DNA of 64,000 bases from the human T2T-CHM13v2.0 reference genome, Homo sapiens. The first letter of the stretch is position 1. Every line of letters starts with the position of its first letter. Both the position numbers and the translations under genes were made by a program. The stretch lies in the NCBI RefSeq assembly GCF_009914755.1, contig NC_060930.1. One strand, 5' to 3'. The notes beneath the pieces were generated by a model, which saw only the letters and a list, made by a program, of their open reading frames with translations, did not search any database and was not told where the DNA came from. Below are positions 1 through 14,791 of the stretch, one piece after another.

Positions 1-103
1 AGAATTTAGAGAATTATTTTCCTCTTTGTGCCTCTCTGGATATTCTAAATTTTGTACAATAAATAAATATTATTTTTGTAGCTAGAAAAAAAAAGGAGTT
101 ATT

Positions 104-264
104 GGCTGGGCGTGGTGGCTCAGCACTTTGGGAAGCTGAGGTGGGTGGATCACTTGAGGCCAGGAGTTTGAGAACAGCCTGGCCAACATGGCTAAGGCTC
201 TACTAAGCCATGATGGCTAAGGCCATCTCTACTAAAAATACCAAAAAAAAAGAAAAGAAAAAAG
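104..264 (+). mobile_element. Partial Alu (left arm) with an internal ~25-bp duplication
   Basis: ggctgggcgtggtggctca...; atggctaaggc..tctactaa occurs twice. Confidence 0.85.
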
Positions 265-320
265 GAGTTATTAAAAATTAAGTTACTCCATATTATAATT
301 GAGAAAGTCAATTGTAGATG

Positions 321-334
321 GATATATATATATC

Positions 335-368
<34 letters not shown>

Positions 369-370
369 TC
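321..370. repeat. (TA)n plus (GATA)8 microsatellite
   Basis: Read directly. Confidence 0.95.
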
Positions 371-973
371 TGAAACAAATTAAATTTTACTGCCCAAACA
401 TTATCATTTCCCTTGTAACTCTCATTTCCCTGGAGTCTACTGAAATAACCACTTCAACATAACAAGAGATTCATGTTACTCATGAAATAAAGATAGAAAC
501 AATGGGACTATGAATCATTTGAGTACCCTGGAAGGGGTGGTGAGCATGGAGCTAAGAAAAGAGGCACACCTGGAGAAGGCATTTGCAAGCTGTCTTAAAT
601 TTTCAAGGAGCTACATGACATTATCATCACAACCTAAGGCATGATGTCCAAGGTAAATAAATTATATAAACATGGCTTTTGCAGCCAGTAACACTTATTT
701 GTCTTTAACACTGTTCTTTCTGCCAATAGCCATTATCTTGTGAGTATAATCTTAACTTTAGACCCATAATTATTATTGTTTTCCATTTTTCTTCCAAGAC
801 CAAGAGTAGTTGGCAAATGCATGCTGCAGGAAACTCTATTGGAGAAATAAATGTAAAACAAGTCCCTGGATGCTAAAGTGAAAATGTTCACATGTCACTC
901 CTCTTCTATGTTTGTCAAACTTATCCATGATTGGCAAGTCTGATTGTTTTAGAATATTCCATAGGAGACCTAC

Positions 974-1116
974 CTGCTGTATCAACCCTCAAGACCTTGA
1001 AAAGCAAGAAGTCAGCCTTCTCCTTTGAGAGCCGCATGTGCAGATTTCGGGCCACTTCAGCAGCTTTGAGAACCTTGAAAGGCGGCCTGCTCTGTACATA
1101 AAACACAATCACGGTG
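974..1116 (-). CDS. KIAA0319: Exon 17 (143 nt)
   Basis: TVIVFYVQSRPPFKVLKAAEVARNLHMRLSKEKADFLLFKVLRVDTA; acag| and G|gtagg. Confidence 0.95.
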
Positions 1117-1389
1117 CTGTGGAGGAGACAATGAGAGAGGACAGCCACATGGTCAGATGGTGACTGCCATGACACGCCCACCACAGCATCTGACCTGTGA
1201 AACTGGGGAGGTAGACGGCTACAGCTCTGTGGCTTGCCAAGGACAGGGGCGTATCTGTGAGCCAAGGAATTGATGTTTCTATTCACAAAGCCTCTTCAGT
1301 CTCAACGTACAGCTGATCAAAGACAGACAGATCTTCAGATAAAAGAAGCAATGTGTAAATTATGTATCAGTTTTTGAAAATCCTAACCA

Positions 1390-1582
1390 AATGGGTCTGG
1401 AGAGCTATCAGGTTAGTGAACAAGAATGCATCTATGTGCTGGGATGTATGAAGTGTTACATCCATGGGGATGGAAGCTCCCATGCACAGGACCCTTCTAG
1501 ATCTTGCCCTATGTACCTTTTCATCTGGCTGTTCATTTGTATCCTTTAATATATTCTTTGCAATAAATCCATAATAGTAAAA
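1390..1582 (+). mobile_element. MER21-like LTR fragment
   Basis: ggagagct..ggttagtgaaca..atggaagctc..ggctgttcatttgtatcctt..aataaa resembles the recalled consensus. Confidence 0.55.
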
Positions 1583-2482
1583 AAAAAAAAGGAGCAATGT
1601 ATAAATGTGTGCAAAAAGACAAATATACACAAAATAACTTGCAGACATGTCTTTCTTTTTACCTTTTTTTGATTGAGATATAACTTACATATCATAAAAT
1701 TCACGCTTCTAAAGTGTAAATGGAATGGCTTTTAGTATATTCACAAAGTTGCACAACCATCACCACTATCAAATTTCAAAACATCTTCATCACCCCAGAA
1801 AGACAATCCACACTCATTAGCACCTCCTCCCCACAGTCCCGGGCAACCACTAATCTGCTTTTGGTCTCTATGGATTTGCCTCTTCTGGACACTTCAGATA
1901 GATGGAATCATACAATATGAGACCTTCTGTGTGTGGCTTCTTTCACTTACCATCATGTTTTCAAAGTTCATCCATGTTGTAGCACACATCAATACTTTAT
2001 TCCTTTTTATTGCCAAATGATATTCTGTTGTATGAATATATCACATTTTGTATCCACTCATCAGTTGGTGGACATTTGAGTTGCTTCCACATTTTGGCTA
2101 TTATGAATTTGTGCTATGAACATTCATATACAAGTTTCTGTGTAGACATAAGTTTTTCATTTTTATTGAGTATATACCTAGGAGTGGAATTAATGGGTTA
2201 TATGGTAGCTGTATGCTTAGCATATTGAGGAACTGCCAAACTGTATTCCACAGTGGCTGTACCATTTTACATCCCCACTAGCAATGTATAAATGTTCCAG
2301 TTTCTCCACAGGCTCGCCAGCACTTGCTATGGTCTGTCTTGGATTCTAGCCATCCTAGCAGGTGTGAAGTGATATTTCAACATGGGTTTGGTTGGCATTT
2401 TCCTGGTGGCTAATGGTGAGCACCTTTTCATGTGCTTATTGGCCATCTGTATATCTTCTTTGGAGAAATAGCTACTCCAATC

Positions 2483-2895
2483 TGTATTCATCCCCTAGGG
2501 TTGCTGTGAAACACGTCCCACGAAGTGGCTTAAAACAACAGAAACCTCTTCTCACAGTTCTGGAGGCCAGAAGTCCAAAATCAAAGTGTTCTGTTAGCTC
2601 TGGTGCTGCCAGCAATCCTTGGTATTCCTTGGCTTGTGGAAGAATCTCTCCAGTCCCTGCCTCGGTCGTTACATGGTGTTCTTCCTGTGTGCCTCTCTCT
2701 ATGTCTCTTGTCCTCTTCTTAGAAGAACACCAGTCATATTGATTTAAAAGCCCACCCTACTCCAGTATAACTTCTTAACTAATTACATCTGTAATGACCC
2801 TATTTCTAAGTAAGGTGACATTCATAGGTACCAGAGGTTAGGGCTTGACTATATTTTGGTGGGGGGCAGGGGGTGGATATAATTCAACCCACGGC
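2483..2895 (-). mobile_element. MLT1 (MaLR) LTR inside L1
   Basis: ggcttaaaacaacagaaa..ttctcacagttctggaggccagaagtcc motif. Confidence 0.75.
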
Positions 2896-3519
2896 AAGTG
2901 TTTCATCATGAAAGGGTGTTGGATTTTGTCAAATGCTTTTTCTGTGCCTATTGAGATGATCCTGTGGTTTTGTCCTTTATCCTATTAATGTGGTTTATGA
3001 CATTTATTGATTTTTATATGCTGAACCACACTTGCATTCCTGGGATAAATCCCACTTGGTTATGGTCTATAAACCTTGTAATAAGTTGCTGGATTCAGTT
3101 TGATAGTATTTTGTTGTAGATTTTTGCTTCTATATTCACAAGGGATATTGGTCTGTAGTTCTCATTTCTTGTGATGTCTTTGTCTGATTTTAGTGTCAAG
3201 GTAAAACTGGTCTTACTGAATGAGTTGGGAAATGTTCCCTCCTCTTCTATTTTTTGGAAGTTTGTGAAGGACTGTTCATTCTTTAAACATTTTGCAGAAT
3301 TAATCAGTGAAGCCATCTGGTCTTGAATTTTGTGGAAAGTTTTAACATTACTAATTCAATCTCTTTATTTGTTATAGGTCTATTTAGATTTTTAAGTTCT
3401 TCTCAAGTGAGTTTTTGTAATTTATGTCTGTTTAGGAATTTGTCCACTTAATCTAGGTTATCTAATGTGTTGACATACAATGATCCATAATATTCTCTTA
3501 TAATCCTCCCCCACCCACA

Positions 3520-4095
3520 TTTTTTGGAGACTGGGTCTCATTCTGTTGTCCAGGCTGGAATGCAATGGTGTGAACATGGCTCACAGCAGCCTCAACCTCC
3601 CAAGTGATCCTCTCACCTCAGCCTCCTGGGTAGCTGAGACCATGGGCGTGTGCCACCATGCCTGGCTAATTTTTTTTTTTTTTAAGATGGAGTCTCGCTC
3701 TGTCACCCAGGCTGAAGTGCAGTGGCGCGATAGCTCACTGCAACCTCTGCCTCCTAGGTTCAAGCAATTATCCTGCCTCAGCCTCTTGAGTAGCTGGAAT
3801 TACAGGTACCTGCCACCACACCCAGCTAATTTTTGTATTTTTAGTAGAGACGAGGTTTCGCCATGTTGGCCAGGCTGGTCTTGAACTCCTGACCTCAAGT
3901 GATCTGCCCACCTCGGCCTCCCAAAGTGCTGGGATTACAGGCGTCAGCCACCGCACCTGGCCACCTGGCAAGTTTTTTGTGGAGATAGCATTTCGCCATT
4001 GCCCAGGTTGGTCTCGAACTCCTGGGTTCAAGCTATCTGCCTGCCTTGGCCTCCCAAAGTGTTGGGATTACAGGTATGAGCCACTGCATCCAGCC
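3520..4095 (-). mobile_element. AluS nested in the A-rich linker of an AluJ
   Basis: AluJ right arm 3520-3670, full Alu about 3670-3962, AluJ left arm 3963-4095; flanks cctggctaattt and cctggcaagttt. Confidence 0.85.
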
Positions 4096-4517
4096 CTTTT
4101 TATTTCTATAAAGTCAGTAGTAATGTGCCTTATTTCATGCCTAATTTTAGTAGTATGAGTCTTCTCTATTTTTTCTTAGTCAATCTAGCTAAGGATTTAT
4201 CAATTTTGCTGATCTGTCCAAGAAACAACTTTTGGTTTTGTTGATTTTCAGACATGTCTTTGATTCAGTATTTTATATTTTACGAGGGAAATATATGATC
4301 CATTTTAGAAAGAGTTCCTTAGAAAATAATTAGAACATGTTTAAATTTGGTGTTTTTCTAAGTGAACTTCAGTTCTCTGGAAAACTAACCAAAGTGGAAG
4401 AGCTGACAATAGCTAGGCAAATGGAGTTACTGTGAATAGTGGGTTTTCATTCCCATATTCTTTTTCTCCCTCCTCCCACTCCACCCTGAGCTAGATAAGA
4501 CTTTAAAAGTAAAATTC

Positions 4518-4830
4518 AGCCAGGCATGGTTGCTCACACTTATAATCCCAGCACCCTGGGAGGCCTAAGTGGGCGAATCACTTGAGGTCAGGAGTTTGAG
4601 ACCAGCCTGGTCAACAAGATGAAACCCTGCCTCTACTAAAAATACAGAAATTAGCCGGGTATAGTGGGGGCACCAGTAGTCCCAGCTACTCAGGTGGCTG
4701 AGGCAGGAGAATCACTTGAATCTGAAAGGCGGAGGTTACAGTAAGCTGAGACCATGCCACTGCACTTTAGCCTAGGCAACAGAGCGAGACCCTGTCTCAA
4801 AAAATAAAAATAAAATAAAATAATAAATAG
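4518..4830 (+). mobile_element. AluS with (AAAAT)n tail
   Basis: Dimeric Alu consensus. Confidence 0.92.
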
Positions 4831-5318
4831 ATTAAATAAATAAAACTCAATTAAATACAAAGATGTCATGAAAAATAAAGGCCAGAGTTTCAGCCTCATA
4901 TACTCCCAGGAGATGGCAAATGGTAATCAGTGATCCTTTCACATTGAGAGAAGCCTCAGTCCCCATGAACGTGGGGCAGGGATGCAGCCCAGCTGTGAGA
5001 CATCCTCTTCACATGCTCCAGACCCCTTGCCCAGCTCTGAAGACACCAGAGCTAACAACCGTCTCCCCTGCTGTTCCCCAGCACCTCCTTCACTCAGAAC
5101 ATTCCCAATCAGCAAACATTTACTGAGAATTTTAGGAAGGACCTAGCATGATGTTGGCCATACTACTGCCCTTTGAGAAAAAAAGTATATGAATGGGATA
5201 AAAGTGTGTCAAAAATACAAAAGTAGCAGAGGAATGAACAGTTTTCTACTGGACTGGGATGAGGTAAGAGCTGGAATTTTGTACGGCCAAGGCCCCGCCT
5301 TGAGTGTGCAGCTCCTAC

Positions 5319-5478
5319 CTGAGATCCGAGTGGGCCCGAATCTTCTGGACCTTAATGTCCGAGTCCAGCACGTTCAGCAGCACAGCCAGCTGCCTCACAA
5401 GGGTGTCCTTCCGCTGCTCTGTCAGCTGCCCAACACCAACCTGCAGGGTCAGCTCCACCAGGCCACTCTTCCTAGGGT
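5319..5478 (-). CDS. KIAA0319: Exon 16 (160 nt)
   Basis: DPRKSGLVELTLQVGVGQLTEQRKDTLVRQLAVLLNVLDSDIKVQKIRAHSDLS; AG|gtagg. Confidence 0.95.
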
Positions 5479-6161
5479 CTGGGGAAAGAGAAGATACAGG
5501 ATTTGCACTTGGACATTTGCACAGGCTTTAGAGCATAAGGAGCGAGGTTTCTATAGGAGCTCAAAGTTACTCCTATGCCATTTCTACATTTGAGTTGTAG
5601 CACTCAGGTAAATTCTTCTAAACACCGCAAAGGCCACTATCTGGGAGTACTTTCCCTTGTTTTATCACAGTTTGTTGTTTATAATTTTTTTTCCAGAAGA
5701 TAATCGGGTGTACCTAATTAGCCTCTGGGCTAGCTGAAAATTTCAGCCTCTTCCACATTTTCCCAGGACCAGAAAGAGAATTTTGCTTCCAAGTGCCAAT
5801 GGGCACTTCCCAGTCCAGTTTATGCTGAGGTCGTTACAGCCACTTCACTGGAGCTGCCTCCCTCTGTGCCCTGGTATGAGGCCCTTGTGTCCACTTCACA
5901 TTAAGTCTTTGTCTTCTGGCAGGAAAACAAACATGAAAAGAAAATCTAGTTGCCAGATAACATTCTCTTTTAAAGAGTGATGAGGCTGGATCTATCTGGG
6001 GATACACAACAAGGTGTAAGAGACATCCTCAAAGTGGGTCCAGCCAAGAGCTGGAGCCAGCCACAGGAGGCCTCCCACACTGGTCACATCTGTCAGCGTA
6101 AAGACCCCAAAGGCTGACCAGCCAGAGCCTGCATGGCCAGCTCCAGAGCCCAGGAACTCAC

Positions 6162-6300
6162 CTGGCTGCACTTCCACAGTGGCAGTGTCTGTGTCCGAGG
6201 CCCCCTGACTGTCGGTGACTCGCAAGTGGAAAGTGTACACCCCCTCCACCAGATTCGTAAGCTGCAGAGCCACACTGTGGTCAGAGCCATCGATGACATC
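6162..6300 (-). CDS. KIAA0319: Exon 15 (139 nt): end of PKD5
   Basis: DVIDGSDHSVALQLTNLVEGVYTFHLRVTDSQGASDTDTATVEVQP; G|gtgagt. Confidence 0.96.
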
Positions 6301-6925
6301 CTGCGAAAGAACACGGATCACAGGGCAGCTGTCAATCCTCGGGTCCCAATTTCTGGGCTTCTGTTGATCCTAAACCTCAGTGTCCCATCTTTTTAACACA
6401 GGCGTGACTTTAAGAGGGAGGCTGCAGGGAATGAGGCTGGCGGGATAGCTAAAGACTGGAGAAATCCTCAGCATCTCTTCCCCAAAAAGCACCAGGGGGC
6501 ACATCCTCAGACAGTATTTCCTGAACTGAACTAAGTTTACCAAGCACTTTCCAGGAATTACCAAATAATTAATTGTATCCAACAAAGGGAAAGACCATTT
6601 GAATTAGGGCAAGGACGCTGAGAACAAAGCACAGGTTTTCTGGGTCTTATTTTCAAACATAGCTTTACAAAACTCTCATCTTGAATTCCCTCATAATGTA
6701 TCATGTTCACCTGAAATAACCCAAGACCCTGTGTAGCGTCCTCTGTTCTGTGGGCTTCTAAGCTCCAAAGAATGAGAGAAGAACCTCCCAGACTCCTGCT
6801 AATAGAAGGGGTGATAACGAATATGTGCTGTGAACAGAGACTCATTGTTATTACATTTAGAGGCTAATCCCCCATCTAGTTGAATAGTGTTAATTCTAGA
6901 AGTGCTTAGAAAGTATAAAGCATTT

Positions 6926-7223
6926 GGCAGGGCATGGTGGCTCACGCCTGTAATCCCACCACTTTGGGAGGCAAAGGCAGGCGGATCACGAGGTCAGGAG
7001 ATCGAGAACATCCTGGCTAACAAGGTGAAACCCCGTCTCTACTAAAAATACAATACAAAAAAATTAGACAGGCGTGGTGGTGGGCACCTGCAGTCCCAGC
7101 TACTCGGGAGGCTGAGGCAGGAGAATGGCTTGAACCTGGGAAGTGGAGCTTGCAGTGAGCCTAGATCGCACCACTAAACTCCAGTCTAGGTGACAGAGCG
7201 AGACTCGGACTCAAAAAAAAAAA
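6926..7223 (+). mobile_element. AluY-like with 16-bp TSD
   Basis: aaagtataaagcattt at 6910-6925 and 7221-7236. Confidence 0.93.
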
Positions 7224-7432
7224 GTATAAAGCATTTTCAGTTCCTTCCCTGTGACCACTCCTTAGTACATCTCCAAGACTAAATCTGTATCTCTCCAGTC
7301 CTTAGAAATGGCAGGAATGAAGACGTACATACATTTATGTCCTAAGAGGCAGAGTGATCTAATGGGGGTAAAATGCCTGCCAGGAGCTAAAAACCTAGGT
7401 GTGTCTAGTTTGATTAAAAATGGATTAGTTAA

Positions 7433-7745
<313 letters not shown>

Positions 7746-8114
7746 ATGGATTAGTTAACCTCGGCCAAGTCACTTCTCATCTCTGCATTTCGCCTTCTGC
7801 ATCTATAAAACGTAAATAGCAATCCGTGATCTATTGACTCATCTGGTACAATATGAGGAACAGAAAAGAATCCACTTGGACCAAAATACGAAGGATGGAA
7901 AAGCATCCTGCTGGAAGACTTGACCTCAAAGTGCTTCCAAGCTATGGTTTCCTGCCCCATCCAAAGTCTGTTCAGGAAAAAGTCAGAAAGGATTTCAGCT
8001 TTTGGCTAAATCTCAAAGCAGCCTACTGCCTCCAGCCTTCAGAACATTCTAATGTAGAAGCATAAGCACCTTACAGGGAACAGGGAAAGAGAGATGAGGT
8101 CATTATAGAGACAC

Positions 8115-8510
8115 TGCCGTGGACCGAACTGTGTCTTTCCCAGACTCCTGTGTTGAAGCCCTAACCCCATATGACTGTATCTAGAAATAGGACCTATAAG
8201 GAAGTAGTTAAGGTTAATTGAGGTCATAAGGGTAGGCCCCTGATCCAATAGGATTTACTGTCCTTATAAGAAGAGACACCAGAGTGCTCTCTCTTCCCCT
8301 GCTATGGGAGGACATGGTAAGAAGGCAGCTGTCTGCAAGCCAGGAAGAAAGACCTCACTGGAAACTGAATTAGCCAGCAACTTGAGCCTGTCTTCCCAGC
8401 CTCCATAATGGAGACAAAATTAAGTTCTGTTGTTTAAGCCTCCTTATACTTATATCCTTTCCTTAGAATATACCGTGATATATTGTTTGCAGCCCAAGCT
8501 GACTAATGCA
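8115..8510 (+). mobile_element. MLT1A/B LTR ending about 50 nt from the exon 14 donor
   Basis: MaLR motifs ccttataagaagagacacc, ctgcaagccaggaaga, tgttgtttaagcc. Confidence 0.8.
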
Positions 8511-8556
8511 GATGTAATGATAAGTGGTCTAGGAGCAATTCTCTCTCAGTACTCAC

Positions 8557-8708
8557 TCCAGCTGCTGGACTCTGGCCATCCCGGATCCACAGATAGGACA
8601 CAATTCTTTGGTCATCAGTAGACCTTGAACCATCCAAAGTAATGGAATTATTGGGAAGCACAAGAACATGTCTGCCACCAGCCCGGGCTCTGGGAGGACT
8701 ATTATTTT
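8557..8708 (-). CDS. KIAA0319: Exon 14 (152 nt): start of PKD5
   Basis: ENNSPPRARAGGRHVLVLPNNSITLDGSRSTDDQRIVSYLWIRDGQSPAAG; GGA|gtgagt. Confidence 0.95.
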
Positions 8709-9178
8709 CTAAGTCAAATATAGCAAAATGAAAGCAAAGAGATTGATTTAAAACACCAGTGATAGAATAAGTGTGTCATAAAACATCCACAACTCTTCCA
8801 CCTTGCAGATACAGTATGTAGAATTAAAATATCCAAAAAGGCATTTTTTTCCCCAGATGCATATAAGATACAGACTTCCTTAAAGCTCCATTTGTACTTA
8901 GTTAGCTATAATTTGGGATGAAAACGGTAAAGCAGGTGGCAAGCTGTACCTTGGGAATTTTTCTAATATTGTTATACCTTTTCTGTCCTTGAAAAATAGA
9001 AACAATGATTTTACCAACATTTAGGGTATTGAAAGTGGCAATATTTTGGTTTACAATATACTTTGGGTCATTTTGTACTGGTCCACACTATCTGGCCAGA
9101 AATATTTCCACTTCAAGTACTGCCAAATCTTGACTCTCTAAGACAAAAAAAAGAAAAAAAAAATTTGAGTAAAAAGTA

Positions 9179-9680
9179 GGCTGGGTGCAGTGGCTCACAC
9201 CTGTAATCCCAGCACTTTAGGAGGCCAAAGCAGGAGAATCACTTGAGACCAGGAGTTTGAGACCAGCCGGGGCAACACAACAAGTCTCCATCTCTATGAA
9301 AAATTAAAAATTGAAATAATAACAATGATAATTAGGCCCTCACTTCTCTGACTAGGTGTTAAATATAAATGAGGCAATGGCCAGGCATGGTGGCTCATAA
9401 CTGTAATCCTAACACTTGGGGAGGCTAAGGCAGGATGAGTGCTTGAAGCCAGAAGTTCAAGACCAGCCTGGGTAGCAAGACCCGTCTCCACACACACACA
9501 AAATTAAAAATCAGCTGGGCATGGTAACACACACCTGTAGACCCAGCTACTCAGGAAGCTGAGGTGAGAGAATCACTTGAGATCAGGAGTTTGAGGCTGC
9601 AATGAGCTATGATCACAGCACAGTACTCCAGTCCGAGCAACAGAGTGAGACCCTGGGTCTATTTTAAAAATAAAAAAATG
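9179..9680 (+). mobile_element. FLAM (9179-9310) and AluJ (9379-9680)
   Basis: Alu consensus. Confidence 0.88.
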
Positions 9681-10739
9681 AGGCAATGTAAAAGCCATTT
9701 CTGATGTAATAACTTCAGAAAAGAGGGGCCAGGGAGCACTAACAACACTGGGGTACAGTGGGGAGATCATAATAAGACACAGCCTCAATTTGGAGATGAG
9801 GCTGCTGTGAGGCAAATCCTGCTTGTCCAGAAGGGGCTCTGGGACCCAGCCTGATCCCTCCCAATTTCCCCTTAGAAACAAGTCAAGATGCCTGTTCAGA
9901 CTATTCTCTCTACTTTTATGCATGGTTGAAAATCTCTACAATAAAATCTTTTGAAAAATCCAAATCTATATCACTTTGCTGTTAAAGTTGCTTCAGCCTC
10001 TCCCAGCTGCCCAGAGGATAAAGTCCAAACCCCTAAGCATGGCCCGTGGCACATACAACCCTCCATGGCAGAGCCTGTGCCTCAGGCTGCAGCCACTCTC
10101 CCAGCGTCCCACACTCTTGCCATCCTACAATGCTTGAACCTTTCCATCCAGCCAGGCTCTTATACTCCTCTGCACTTCAACACGTTGTAATCATCCATTC
10201 ACTAATTCATTCAACACCTCTGATTTGCCATGAGTCTAGCACTCTGCTATACTGAGGCTATACTGAGGATACAGAGATGTCTGAAGCAAAGACACTCAGG
10301 CAGTTCACAGTCAAATGGGAAGACAGACAAGGAGACAAGTACCTAAAGCAGTATTCACTAGTCTAGACCACAGATTTCACACTAAGAAACGATATGGAAT
10401 TTGAAAACATCTCTTTTCTTGAATTTCCAAGGAATAAAGGAAAAAAAGCATAATGGTGTCATTTGGACGTGGGTCTTTCATTACTAGTAGTCACAGAAGA
10501 GTGAAGTCATTAGAAGATATGCTCCACAAACAAAAGGAAATGTCTGCTTGCAGAGGGCGACTGAGAAACAGCTAACATGAATAGAAGAAAGTTGGCTTTT
10601 TTTCAGCCAGGCAGGGTTCGGCATCTGCTGCGAACAAATAAGCAAACACCAACATCTCTGAATAGTCATGGCCTGGCTGAGGGTCCTGCAGACTCGAAAG
10701 CAGAGCAGGCCCAGCCCTGTCCACCTCAGACCCACTCAC

Positions 10740-10888
10740 CCTTCTTCACAGCCACAGTGAGGGTGGACGTGCTGCTCAGTCCCTGCTGGTCTTTCACTGT
10801 CAAACGGAAGTGGTAGGTCCCCACCTGGAGACCAGTCACAGTGGCTATTGCTTTGTCAATATTTTCCATCTCCACTGCACTGGGGCCT
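10740..10888 (-). CDS. KIAA0319: Exon 13 (149 nt): end of PKD4
   Basis: GPSAVEMENIDK...GTYHFRLTVKDQQGLSSTSTLTVAVKK; G|gtgagt. Confidence 0.95.
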
Positions 10889-11861
10889 CTATAAAACATA
10901 GAAGTGGTTAACATAAGGGAGGGGGCATGGGGTTTTGAATATGACAGGCATGCGATTTGTGCTCTTATAAATGTTTTGTTCCAGCTATAATATATACCAT
11001 TTAGAGAATTCTAAGAAAACTCCATTCATCTGTACTCTCTAGTTCAGTGTAAGAGTCACAAGCTAAAACCTATCTCAGGCAGAGTCTGCTGGATTACTGG
11101 GAAGAGAATATTTGTTCTCGATTTTTTTAAGTCAAGCTGCCAGTGAAATGATCTATCCTTGGAAAATGAGCCTTAGAAACGACTCCCATTTCTTCTTTGA
11201 ATAAAATTAGGTGAAATCCTCATCTATCTTTAGGGAGAGCATGGAAGAGGAGGGAATAAGCCAGATAAGCCCTCTCCTAGGAGAGAGATCACAGTATAGT
11301 CACTAAGATCGGGGCTTGTCAAAAATACCTCAGTTTGGGTCCAAGCTCTTTCTCTTACTATCTGGGCAACCTTAGTCTGTGTGGTCTCATTAGTGTCTAC
11401 AAGCCTCAGTTTCTTCAACTTTAAATAGGAATAATATTCTTATTTATCTCTTACAAACTGATACAGGGTTCTATGAGACAGAGCATGTAAAGCTCAGAAA
11501 ATGTTAGATGATATGGGTCGCCCCTTACACTGCACTTCTGGTGTCTACAGTCACTGCAGGATGGGTTGAGTGTAGACAGGATCACACACAGGTTTCCCTG
11601 AACCTCTTCTGTCATGAGCTCGCCTCACACCAAGACAGCCCTGTTCAACTGCCCCAAGCTCTACCTCCCTCCGCTGTCAATGATGTCCATCCACACTTAA
11701 TGTACTCTTCAATCAATAACGCCCAGCCACTTCTAGAAACGTGCTTAAATCCCGACTCCTCAAAATGCGCAAGCTGATTGTTTACTACAGATCCTCCAGA
11801 GAAGGGATAATATTAGCATTCAGCATGGGCATGAACCTAGCTCAGTGGCGAGACAGACTAC

Positions 11862-11994
11862 CTGACGTGCTCCCAGTGGTAGAAGACAATGCCGTGGTCA
11901 TCGCTGCTGCTGCTCCCATCCAGGGTAGCACTTTCCACTGGGAAGATCAGCTCTTTATCAGGGCCGGCCACAGCCACTGGAGGTCTATTGTTTT
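11862..11994 (-). CDS. KIAA0319: Exon 12 (133 nt): start of PKD4
   Basis: ENNRPPVAVAGPDKELIFPVESATLDGSSSSDDHGIVFYHWEHVR; ccag| and AG|gtagtc. Confidence 0.95.
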
Positions 11995-12266
11995 CTGGAA
12001 TTACAGAAACAGTGTGAAAAAGTATTATCTCTTTGCATTAAGTCTGCAATCCTGTGATTTCTTGATTTAAGTACATTACTCATCTTCAGACCAGGCAGCC
12101 ACTAGAGTATGCAGCATCCTTTGGAATCCTGGAGTGAAGCACTGCAGCCTCCTAGCTGATCCAGGAGTTGAACAGTCCAAGTTCAAGACTGCTGTTATAG
12201 GCAGCCAAGAAACACTGTCTCTAATAGACACATCTTTGGTTTATTTGGTTTAAAAGATCCTCAGTC

Positions 12267-13355
<1,089 letters not shown>

Positions 13356-14533
13356 AAGTCATGTAGTCAAAAGCTGTGGCAGCCATTACCCAATGTTTGC
13401 ACCACGCCACAGCCCCCATGATCCTACTCACTACAAAATAGGGGTTTCCCTTTGCCGTAGGATAGAGTACTTGGGTGACCATACATTTACAAAGCCCTTT
13501 AGGATGGTGCCCCGGGCTCTCTTGGGGTCATCTATTGTCATTCCAATCCCTGCCCAACCTCCCCACCACCTCCCATTCCCACATCCCTACCTCTTTTTCT
13601 CTCTCTCCAATCACAGTAATTCCTTTTAAATCTTCGAATGTACCAGACTCTCTTCTTTGGCGCCCACGCATACTGTTCCCTCTGCCTAAGAACTCTTCCT
13701 CTTCTCCTGTGCTGCCCACCCCTCCCATTCTTCACCGACTAACTGTGACTTGTGCTTCAACCTTGAGCTCATGTACGAGCTCTTTGCAGATGCATCTCAC
13801 CCAGGTGAGTGCTCTTTCTTTGGGGTCCTGTAGCACCCTGCAGTTATTTTAGTAGAGCGCCAATCACAGAGTTTTATGTGAACTTCTCCATAAGCCCTGC
13901 AAGGGCAGAGATCAAGTCTATCTTGTTTAATTCCACATCCCAGGGTCTAACTAATAGAACTTTTTATGTATTAGCGGCATAAATAAATAAGTTGTCTATA
14001 GGTTGAGTATAATCTCATTGCCAGGAACTGGATAGAGGTTCTTGGACTAACAGAACTCTTCTAGAAAAGTTCTAAGGCAAAGACCATTATCAAACAAAGG
14101 TATAGCTACCTTTAAGGTTATTTAACTCAGGAGGTAGGCAGAGCCCTGGGTTTTCATGAAACTATTAATGAACAGTGACACTGAACTGCAACGTGTTCCC
14201 CAATGTCTGGCTACATCTGAGTGTCAAGCCACACATAAGAACCAGCCCCTTCAAGATCCCCTGGAGCTCTCCAGAGCAGACTGGGGCACGTGTGGAAGCA
14301 TCCACAAGGCAAATCGGAGCCCACAAGCAGTGCTGTGGATGGCTCTCATTTCATCCTTCATGCCATAGTTTACAGTCAAGGCAAGATTTAGAACCTTGAA
14401 ATGAAATTAGTTTTATATGGAGCTTTGGCACCCACAGGCCGGTACCACCAAGTGTGGCATCTCCAAACCCCAGAAGCCCAGCTATCATTTCTGCTTTAAT
14501 CTCTGAGGCCAAATCTCTTTCTCCTCCACCTAC

Positions 14534-14657
14534 CAGGCTGGACAATCACAGTCACCACAGCAGTAGACTGTTGCCTTGAAGAATCTGTCACCTTCAGCTG
14601 AAATGTATAATCTCCTTCCTGCATTGCAGATAAATGAAGGTATGGCGTCTGTACTCC
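14534..14657 (-). CDS. KIAA0319: Exon 11 (124 nt): end of PKD3
   Basis: GVQTPYLHLSAMQEGDYTFQLKVTDSSRQQSTAVVTVIVQP; ttag| and G|gtagg. Confidence 0.95.
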
Positions 14658-14791
14658 CTAAGTAATAGCAAATACAAAAATAAAAACAAAACAAAACAAA
14701 AAAGTAAAGAAGCACAAGTAAATAGTATGACAGAATGAAAAACTAACAATTTTACTTAATACAGAGATCTTGCTCAAAAAAGAAATGTGTT

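Larger units (their letters stand above)
1660..4250 (-). mobile_element. Old L1M fragments (3' end and ORF2) interrupted by MLT1 and Alus
   Basis: ORF 3095..3316 FQKIEEEGTFPNSF...ENYRPISLVNIEAKIYNKIL is the L1 ORF2 RT-proximal motif; L1 3'UTR-like sequence at 1660-2480. Confidence 0.85.

Noticed and set aside
5189-6396. Plus-strand ORFs overlapping exons 15 and 16
   Set aside because: Antisense shadows of GC-rich coding exons with no recognisable protein
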